Made by a program: the position numbers and the translations under genes
Source of the DNA: Paludibacteraceae bacterium
GTDB lineage: Bacteria > Bacteroidota > Bacteroidia > Bacteroidales > Paludibacteraceae
Length of the DNA stretch: 64,000 nucleotides
Assembly: GCA_045589755.1 (NCBI GenBank)
Contig: JAZNPR010000010.1
Span: 11,439 to 75,438, forward strand
Direction of reading: 5' to 3'
The notes under the pieces: model-generated
Seen by the model: only the letters and a program-made list of their open reading frames with translations
Databases searched by the model: none
Told to the model about the DNA's origin: nothing
Shown here: piece after piece, positions 53,466 through 61,197 of the stretch
Position numbering within the stretch: position 1 is the first letter of the stretch
Layout of the letters: each line of letters opens with the position of its first letter

Positions 53466-56400
53466 ATGAAAAAACTTCTTCTAATCATAGCAGCGGCGAT
53501 ACTATCCCTCGCCCTCATCCAAGCCCAAACAACCGATGGTTACCTCACCAGTGGTGATATTGTAAGTATTAGGTTTAGTTATCCTAACTGGAACATAAAC
53601 AATATGTACCTACAACTCTCCCAACAAGGTATAGGTTCGATTGGTTATCCTGACGAAAACTGCTTGTGGCGTCTGGGTATTGTGGAGAATGGCAATAGTT
53701 ATCAATACACTTTCGAGCATGTCGCTACTGGACTGTACCTTAGAACACAGACCACATCTGCACTGCAAACTGCCGATATCGTAACAGGTAATGCGAGTAA
53801 TAGAACAGCATTCAGATTTGATTGTACAGAAAGAGTCAAGGATAGTTATTTGAGAGGACAATTGGGCTGTGTAATTGTGATACCATCATGGGGAAATGCA
53901 CAAGTATTTGCTTGTTTGACTTCAACCAATGGTTTGCTGCAATTCTGTCCATGGAATCAATTTGACGTATATATTGAGAAATGGACACAATCAGGTTCGG
54001 GTGATGGCACCTTAAAAGGATATTTCTCGCCTGAGTTGCAGAAGTTTGGTTTGGCTAAAGACGATGCCGCAGCACAAGCACAGGCGAAAGACGTTAAGTT
54101 TGTATTCCCAACCCATATCCACTCATCCTTCCACTGTGTCAATCGTCCCGAATTGGTATTGGGTGGCTCGGAAGAAGAGGTTACCACTTTCCCTACACCT
54201 ACCTTCTATTGGAAATCCCAAGGCAAGAACGGCAACAAGATCTCAGTACTTAACCCTGCCAATTATCAAGTACCTGCAGGTGCGCCTGCTATTGAAGGGC
54301 GCAATATGCTTCAGGTGAACACACCTACACAAGACGCAAACGACAACAACATCTGGAACTTCACCATCACGCCACTCAATAAAAGCCCCAAAAACCTCCA
54401 ACACAAAGATAAATACGGTACCTATCGTTGGGTAAACTATATGGACACCCTGGTAGCAGAATACACCTACGACGGTAAAAACTACGCAATAGAAATGCTC
54501 GTGGAGCGCAATTCCTACCACGAAGAGGAATTGCCATCGCTTGTTATTTCGGTTAACCCTCATAGTTATACTTTTGCTCGAACTGCCGAGACGCTAAACA
54601 TTCAAGTAACAGCCGTGCACCAACATGGTACAGTAGTCTATGACGTAGAAGGCAATGCGGTAGAAACTATCTATGCCGATAGCATTACCCCTAACCCAGC
54701 CCAACTATCAACGATAAATGGCAACGGCTGGACAACCACGTTAGAAATAGATTATGGTAGTGGAGAACAAGATTGGATTACCAGTCCTCAAGTCGTTGAT
54801 AACAACACTATTCGGGTTGCAGTGCCAGATCACAACGGCAACAAACGCTCTGCTGTATTGAAAGGCACATTAACTGAAGATACACGACATGGGCATGAAG
54901 GCACGTTCGAGGTGCAACTCCACCAACGCGGTAAGGAAGGAGGAATACAATTCATCACTCAACCTGGTTTTGGTGCATCCGACTCACTTAAGAATATATG
55001 GGGCAACCGCAAGGATCCGCAACCTGTTCACACTGCCGAGCGTACGATTTATTATACCAAAGGACAACAGATCGAACTGAAACTCGCTGAGTCGGGCTTC
55101 TCTGGCTATATGCGTTGGTACGACTACGAAACAGGCGGCAACCCACACTACAACGACCGACATGGTGCAAACTACCCATCTACCGACTGGCACACACAAC
55201 CTCGCACTGCCAATGGTCATTGGTTCGTGAATATTAACACACCACAAAATAGTACAACTGTTAGTGACGAAGGCTACTCATACGGATTATATGCACTGCA
55301 CAAAAATGCCAAAGACAAAGCGGGTCGCCAACTATCAGCCAATCTGGGTGCAATATTGGATGAAACATATAAGACCAACGACCGTCTCGCTCAGCCTGCA
55401 CCTATCCTCTATGGTTGGAACTATACCTACAATGCCAACGCAGCTACCCCAGATGATAAACGTGCTGCGGGCTACCACACCATGGCATGCGATGTGAGCG
55501 CATATACCGATTATACTATCTGGACAAGTCAAAATGGAGCACGTATAGATAGTATCAAAGAGCCCACACTTTCCTATCGCCAACTCTTCCACCTCAAGCC
55601 AGCAGAAGAGATAGCGGATAAGTTTGCAGCATTAGCTGAAAACGAATACCTCGAGGAGTACCACTATATGGCACCTGTCGGACCAGACGTATATCTATCC
55701 ACCGAGTTCCGCCATGCTGCTAAACAACCTGAGACGGAGAAATGTTACTTCTATTGGAAAGACGGAGTGAAAAATGGCACCTTACTTCGTGTGAATGGCA
55801 CTGCGCGTTGGTATGACCAAAATGGCAACAATATTACCCCTGGCACCTATAACGCCAAGGACTATCTGGACGTGGATGCCCAATCACCTGGCACTAAAAC
55901 CTACTACCTACGCGTACCTAATGCTTTCGGAACAGGACAACACTTAAACATTGCCAAGTTTACCGTAGAGTTTATGCACGCTAACGCTTGTGGTCCATCT
56001 GCTGGACTGATCTCTATGGAGCAAATACGCGCACAATATAAGGTGTTAGAGTATATCGACTTTAGTTTTGGAGCCCCAGCACCTGGTACAGACAACGAAC
56101 GTGCATTGCGCACACCTCTCCCTTGGACGTATGCGACCTACGGATTTGTCTATCCAAGCGACATCAATGGCGATGGAAATGCGGACTATGTACGTGGTGA
56201 TAGCCAAGGTGAGTTCCCATACTTCGGCGAGTACCGATTGGTAAACAAAGTTAATAAGAACTTCGGCGGAGATGCAGGTGTTAGTGGCGATAATCACGGT
56301 GGCGCAGCCAACGGATATGCCATGTATGTGGACGGAACCATGGAACCTGGTATGGTGGCAAGTATCTCTACCAAAGCAGTCATCTGCTCCGCTCAGACAA

Positions 56401-59400
56401 TGTATTGCTCCATGTGGTTACGCAACCCAAGCTCCACCGCACACAGCGGTGCGTTGCCTATCTTCCGTTGCAATATCCAAGGACGCAAGAAGACAGACCA
56501 AAAAGATGCACAGGGAAAAACTATCTATACCGAATGGGAAGATGCAGGAGTGTTCTTCGTGGGAAGTATTGATAAAAACTCTGGCTGGAGACAGATTCTC
56601 TTCCCTGTCAATTCGGCGAACAACTACGACGAGACACGCGTATCGCTCTACAACTTCGCTACCGACAACATGGCGAACGACTTCATGATTGACGACATCT
56701 GCCTCTTTGTATCGCAATTGCCATTTGCTGCCTATCAAGGTAAAATGGCATGTCGTACTACCGCTGATAGCAAGACAAACGCCGTGGCTGTGCTCCGTCT
56801 TGACTACAGCAATATCGACAAGGATAACGATGGTTATATGTACTACCAAGTATATAATGAGAACCTCAAAACAGCCGTCAACCTCTCTGGCGATGCAGCC
56901 TACTACCACGAAGCCCATCAAGGCGACCATACAGCAGAAACCTACTATGGTTCCGTAGCAATACCCGAGCAAAGCTACAAACCAACTACGTACTACCAAT
57001 CTGTCACTAAGTTCTTGGACGACCTGATGGCAAGTGGCGAAAAAAACGGTATTGCCTATGTACGTGTAGTGAACGAAGGTATTGATAAGTATCTACTCTA
57101 TGTAGGACATATCATTGAGAATACAGATGCTCCTAATAAAGCAGGCGAATTGCTCTACTCGGGACACGAATATACGCTGCGTATGGCACATACACCCAAC
57201 GAGTTGGACAAAGCAGAGTGCAATATGCGTACACCACTCCACGCAACGCAAGCCACTTACTTCCAATTAGATGATTCCGAAGAAAACTACTGGGACGACA
57301 TCCAGTCCACTTCCTATGACCATTGCGCGAACCAACTCTATTTCCTTACCTCGAAAATCAAGAATAGTTTAGCACTGAATGCTGGTGGAGATATAGAGAA
57401 TTTAGTAGCACCTATTCAATCCGACTGGCTTGTGCTATACGATACATGGAAGGAAATCAATGTATATGCCGAAGCAGTACCTACGGATAATGAAGAACTA
57501 AAAGATTACAACGCACGTTTGGCTGTAGCCGACACCCTCTTCAAACAGAAATATACCTACACGCGCGGACAGATAGCCAATGCTATCCTCCACGACATGC
57601 GACGCATACCTACCGCGGACGACCCTAACCCCAACTACTATGCACGCTCATTCAAGGAATTGGATCCTAACCATTTCCAGACCCATGCTAACTATCAAAT
57701 CATCAAGCACCTGTGCGACAATGATTGGCTGGAGATGCACAAGACCACAACTTTCTTCTTCCTCGGCGCACAAGATACTACTCGCTACTTGGTTTATCCG
57801 ATAGAAGGAACAGCCGAAGCGAAAATGAGTAATGGTACTTCTGTCGTCCTCAAAGACTGTAAGGAAGAGCGCTACGTAGCTATCAGTTCGATGGATTGGG
57901 CATACCACCTCAACGCAACACCTATCCCACACGAGGAGAAAACAGCCCACGAGAGTATGCAATTGCCGACCGTGAAAGTGCTACTCGACAATATCCACAA
58001 TGTGCAAATACCTATCACCGACCTCTTTACTGATAATGATACGCATATTAAGATTGGTGGCAAGGCATACACCCACGGCGCGACGATTACCATTGACCTG
58101 AGCAATTTGCCCGCCTACATGACCTATATGGATATGAATACGGGTAAACCTATGAACAAGCCAACACTTGAAGTCGGCAAAGAATATACTCTCCGACTGC
58201 AATACAACAACGCAAACGATAGCCCTACCAATGATGCTAATAGCGATAAAGCTAAGGATGGCAAATGCCCTGTGGGCTATGTGTTCTTCCACCTACTAGT
58301 AATCCCTAACACTATGGTATGGACACCAGAAGGAGCATCATTCAACGGTTGGGGCAAGAACGAGAACTGGCGCGGATGGAAGGACACCAATGGCAACGCC
58401 ATCATTGATGAGGATGAACTCACCGAGGGCTATGTACCTATCAGCGGCTCCGATGTCATCGTTCCTAAACTTGACAACTCGGCCCTTTATCCATACATCG
58501 TACCAGAGGAGGAGCACAACCACTATGAGATGACCATCAACTTCGACCCACACCACTGCCGAAACATCTACTTCCAAGTAGGAGCACAAATCAATAACCA
58601 GCACATGCTCCACTACGAGAAAGCCTTTGTGGATATGTACGTTCCTGCTGCCAAATGGAACATGATGGCATCACCACTCCAAGAAGTATATTCTGGCGAT
58701 ATATTCATACCACACACCTCCTATGGCATGGTTGAGAATCCCGAACCATTTGAGATAGCCGCATGGGAAGGAAAACGCTATAGCGATGCACCATACGCCT
58801 TCTGGCAAGCACACTTCAACAAGACCGTCACTACCCATTACAGCTCAGGCGCTACGACCACCGCACTATCCAGCAATACCGCCGAGTTTGCACAAACCAA
58901 TAGCCTCGACGTACTACTCGAACCAGGTACAGGCTTCCAACTACAGGGATATGGCCCTAATAACAACGCATCCGACTCCCTCATTGTGCGCCTACCTAAG
59001 AACGATAACCAATACTTCTACTACTCCTCTCGTGGCGAGCAGACCGACCGCTATGCCACCATCCCTCGCACCAGCAACACGGGCAAACTGGCATACGATA
59101 ATAGAAGTACTAACGGCGAGAAAACCATCGTCCTACGTGGCGAAGAAGAATCCAACTACTTCGTCTTTGGTAACCCAACCATGGCATACATCGACTTGGT
59201 ATCTTTCATGGAAACGAACAAAGACATTAAAGCGGTTTACCAAATGAGCAGCAACACGTGGTTGGCAAACACCGACCTCTCTATGTACCAAACAGCCGAC
59301 CGCTATCTGGCACCTACACGCTCTATTCTCGTAGAGGTGGAAAATAGCAGTACCACTCTGACGCTGACCCTCAAGCCTGAGCATCTCACACTAACCAACC

Positions 59401-60179
59401 TTTCTCCAAAGGCAGAGGCAGAGCGAAGAAATGAACGCCGACGCACACCAAGCGTTGACAACAACGATACCCACCTAATGACTATCTACGCCTTCAACAC
59501 CAAAGGTATTGCACGTAGCATAGTAGCATACAACGAATATGCCAACAACGACTACCAACAAGGCGAAGATGCACTCTTCCTATCCACAGGTATCGACACC
59601 AAGGCAGAGACCAATACTCCAACATCGCCTATCAACCTCTACTCGCTACACAACCGCGTACCAATGATGGTGGATATGCGCGAAAACATCGATACTATCC
59701 CACTGGGAATGCTCGTGAGCCCTAACCACCGCACCGCAAAAATGCAGATGGCATTCTACCTCTCACAAGATTGGGACAAGACGTGCTACCTCTATGATGC
59801 ACAAACCAATACCAGTACACGTATCATGGACGGACTCTTGCTCACATTGGACATGCCATTCAACCACGAGAATCGCTATTATATCGTTGGTCCTGACCGC
59901 ACTTCCAACGGCGAAGATATTGTGACTAATCTTCCGAACGTTAATCAGGGCGATATACACGTTTGGGCATACTCCGAGCAAGCGGGCAATATCACAGTCT
60001 GCTCCAACGATATTATCCAGTCGGTAACCGTATATGACATCACAGGTCGCCTTGTGGGGCATAAGACCCTCGACTTGCTCTATAATCAGGTATCGTTACC
60101 AGTAGGTCAAGGTGTACATATCGCCGAAGTTACCCTCCGCGACAACTCCAAACACTACACCCGCGCTATTGTCAAATAA
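53466..60179 (+). CDS. giant (2237 aa) T9SS-secreted protein, function unknown (paralog of 61198..)
   Basis: The start MKKLLLIIAAAILSLALIQAQ is 4 nt after the upstream stop. The C-terminal ...ITVCSNDIIQSVTVYDITGRLVGHKTLDLLYNQVSLPVGQGVHIAEVTLRDNSKHYTRAIVK is a T9SS type-A CTD. There is an internal jelly-roll-like signature NDFMIDDICLF. I recognise no catalytic motif. Confidence 0.8.
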   Translation: MKKLLLIIAAAILSLALIQAQTTDGYLTSGDIVSIRFSYPNWNINNMYLQLSQQGIGSIGYPDENCLWRLGIVENGNSYQYTFEHVATGLYLRTQTTSALQTADIVTGNASNRTAFRFDCTERVKDSYLRGQLGCVIVIPSWGNAQVFACLTSTNGLLQFCPWNQFDVYIEKWTQSGSGDGTLKGYFSPELQKFGLAKDDAAAQAQAKDVKFVFPTHIHSSFHCVNRPELVLGGSEEEVTTFPTPTFYWKSQGKNGNKISVLNPANYQVPAGAPAIEGRNMLQVNTPTQDANDNNIWNFTITPLNKSPKNLQHKDKYGTYRWVNYMDTLVAEYTYDGKNYAIEMLVERNSYHEEELPSLVISVNPHSYTFARTAETLNIQVTAVHQHGTVVYDVEGNAVETIYADSITPNPAQLSTINGNGWTTTLEIDYGSGEQDWITSPQVVDNNTIRVAVPDHNGNKRSAVLKGTLTEDTRHGHEGTFEVQLHQRGKEGGIQFITQPGFGASDSLKNIWGNRKDPQPVHTAERTIYYTKGQQIELKLAESGFSGYMRWYDYETGGNPHYNDRHGANYPSTDWHTQPRTANGHWFVNINTPQNSTTVSDEGYSYGLYALHKNAKDKAGRQLSANLGAILDETYKTNDRLAQPAPILYGWNYTYNANAATPDDKRAAGYHTMACDVSAYTDYTIWTSQNGARIDSIKEPTLSYRQLFHLKPAEEIADKFAALAENEYLEEYHYMAPVGPDVYLSTEFRHAAKQPETEKCYFYWKDGVKNGTLLRVNGTARWYDQNGNNITPGTYNAKDYLDVDAQSPGTKTYYLRVPNAFGTGQHLNIAKFTVEFMHANACGPSAGLISMEQIRAQYKVLEYIDFSFGAPAPGTDNERALRTPLPWTYATYGFVYPSDINGDGNADYVRGDSQGEFPYFGEYRLVNKVNKNFGGDAGVSGDNHGGAANGYAMYVDGTMEPGMVASISTKAVICSAQTMYCSMWLRNPSSTAHSGALPIFRCNIQGRKKTDQKDAQGKTIYTEWEDAGVFFVGSIDKNSGWRQILFPVNSANNYDETRVSLYNFATDNMANDFMIDDICLFVSQLPFAAYQGKMACRTTADSKTNAVAVLRLDYSNIDKDNDGYMYYQVYNENLKTAVNLSGDAAYYHEAHQGDHTAETYYGSVAIPEQSYKPTTYYQSVTKFLDDLMASGEKNGIAYVRVVNEGIDKYLLYVGHIIENTDAPNKAGELLYSGHEYTLRMAHTPNELDKAECNMRTPLHATQATYFQLDDSEENYWDDIQSTSYDHCANQLYFLTSKIKNSLALNAGGDIENLVAPIQSDWLVLYDTWKEINVYAEAVPTDNEELKDYNARLAVADTLFKQKYTYTRGQIANAILHDMRRIPTADDPNPNYYARSFKELDPNHFQTHANYQIIKHLCDNDWLEMHKTTTFFFLGAQDTTRYLVYPIEGTAEAKMSNGTSVVLKDCKEERYVAISSMDWAYHLNATPIPHEEKTAHESMQLPTVKVLLDNIHNVQIPITDLFTDNDTHIKIGGKAYTHGATITIDLSNLPAYMTYMDMNTGKPMNKPTLEVGKEYTLRLQYNNANDSPTNDANSDKAKDGKCPVGYVFFHLLVIPNTMVWTPEGASFNGWGKNENWRGWKDTNGNAIIDEDELTEGYVPISGSDVIVPKLDNSALYPYIVPEEEHNHYEMTINFDPHHCRNIYFQVGAQINNQHMLHYEKAFVDMYVPAAKWNMMASPLQEVYSGDIFIPHTSYGMVENPEPFEIAAWEGKRYSDAPYAFWQAHFNKTVTTHYSSGATTTALSSNTAEFAQTNSLDVLLEPGTGFQLQGYGPNNNASDSLIVRLPKNDNQYFYYSSRGEQTDRYATIPRTSNTGKLAYDNRSTNGEKTIVLRGEEESNYFVFGNPTMAYIDLVSFMETNKDIKAVYQMSSNTWLANTDLSMYQTADRYLAPTRSILVEVENSSTTLTLTLKPEHLTLTNLSPKAEAERRNERRRTPSVDNNDTHLMTIYAFNTKGIARSIVAYNEYANNDYQQGEDALFLSTGIDTKAETNTPTSPINLYSLHNRVPMMVDMRENIDTIPLGMLVSPNHRTAKMQMAFYLSQDWDKTCYLYDAQTNTSTRIMDGLLLTLDMPFNHENRYYIVGPDRTSNGEDIVTNLPNVNQGDIHVWAYSEQAGNITVCSNDIIQSVTVYDITGRLVGHKTLDLLYNQVSLPVGQGVHIAEVTLRDNSKHYTRAIVK

Positions 60180-60192
60180 TCGGTAGCCCCCT

Positions 60193-60233
60193 AAAAAAAA
60201 GCCACTTTGTCTTTTCAACAAAGTGGCTTTTTT
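60193..60233. terminator. strong bidirectional rho-independent terminator
   Basis: aaaaaaaaGCCACTTTGTcttttcaACAAAGTGGCtttttt: a 10-bp stem with flanking A and T runs. Confidence 0.85.
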
Positions 60234-60235
60234 AT

Positions 60236-60338
60236 TCCTTGCCGCGGCAGGGAGTGCGGGGGCCCCGAAAAAGCCTCCTGCTTTTTGGGGTGCTTTTGAT
60301 TGCCGCGGAATGTTGTCTATGTTGTTTTCTTACCCAAC
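60236..60338 (+). repeat. 103-bp direct repeat copy A
   Basis: tccttgccgcggcagggagtgcgggggccccgaaaaagcctcctgctttttggggtgcttttgattgccgcggaatgttgtctatgttgt... Outer stem CCGCGGCA/TGCCGCGG, inner stem ccccgaaaaagc/gctttttgggg. Confidence 0.9.
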
Positions 60339-60387
60339 TGACTCCTTGTTTCCGTGTCCATCCGTGTCATCCGTGGGCGGTTATATC

Positions 60388-60490
60388 TCCTTGCCGCGGC
60401 AGGGAGTGCGGGGCCCCCGAAAAAGCCTCCTGCTTTTTGGGGTGCTTTTGATTGCCGCGGAATGTTGTCTATGTTGTCTTCTTAACCAAC
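60388..60490 (+). repeat. 103-bp direct repeat copy B
   Basis: Near-identical to copy A (period 152 bp). The differences are ggggg/cccc versus gggg/ccccc plus two substitutions near the end. Confidence 0.9.
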
Positions 60491-60671
60491 CGCATTCCTT
60501 GTTTTTGGTTGGGATAGTTTAGATTTCTGCCCATTAGGGCAAGGATACATTTAGTGTCAATACGAATATACATTTCTTAAAAAATGTTGCAAAATCCATA
60601 AGAAATGTGATGTTTTGCCAAAATGAAACACTTATTTGCTGCCATAAAACATAGTTTTAGGGAAAAAGCAG

Positions 60672-60679
60672 TACTTTTG
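60672..60679 (+). promoter_or_regulatory. -7 box TACTTTTG for cassette 2
   Basis: Exact TAnnTTTG match 24 nt upstream of the ATG at 60703. Confidence 0.5.
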
Positions 60680-60702
60680 CACGGAATTTCGGATTTTCCA
60701 AA

Positions 60703-61185
60703 ATGTTTGAACCAACAACTACATATACTCCTATCACTTCTTCTGCTTTAACAAGCAGTAAGAGTATCATGACGAGCAACCACTCGTCATCGTTTGTGGT
60801 GAGTACCAGTTTGGGTAGCAGTTTCAATAGTCACTCATCATCGACAGTTGCTCCTATCTCGGTACGTACATCGGATAAGACGATTCGTTCCTTCTCGACG
60901 GGTGGCGTATATGAGTATGTTATTCCTAAGGGTGTAGGTTCGTTTGTGAGGATGCATCGGGATAACGTAACGCTAAACTCATACGGTTCTGGCGTTCAAC
61001 CGCCGCGTCGCTCAATAGCGTTCCCTGGAGAAGACTACGAAACACCACCTACAGGTGAGTTGGATCCAGATTTTGCGAGTCCAGTAGGTGATGTATTGTT
61101 GCCAATGCTGTTGATGGCATTTGTGTATGCCACTATTCGTTTTTTTAAGAATCGTAAACTTCAAAAATCGATAAATAATCAGTAA
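60703..61185 (+). CDS. small protein with C-terminal SPVGD-TM-basic tail (cassette 2)
   Basis: 160 aa with a Ser/Thr-rich N-terminal half and no obvious signal peptide. The C-terminal half aligns with 47660..48139 (P-x-R..I..GE(E/D)...DP.F.SPVGD). The tail is ASPVGDVLLPMLLMAFVYATIRFFKNRKL. Lies 12 nt before the next giant gene. Confidence 0.65.
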   Translation: MFEPTTTYTPITSSALTSSKSIMTSNHSSSFVVSTSLGSSFNSHSSSTVAPISVRTSDKTIRSFSTGGVYEYVIPKGVGSFVRMHRDNVTLNSYGSGVQPPRRSIAFPGEDYETPPTGELDPDFASPVGDVLLPMLLMAFVYATIRFFKNRKLQKSINNQ

Positions 61186-61197
61186 ATTCCTATCCCA

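Noticed and set aside
60223-60522. ORFs 60223..60522 and 60239..60451, and a possible CRISPR array, in the repeated region after the 2237-aa gene.
   Set aside because: The two ORFs are the same 103-bp repeat read in two frames. There are only two repeat copies, the units are far longer than CRISPR repeats and contain nested hairpins, and there are no cas genes. This is not a CRISPR array and not coding.
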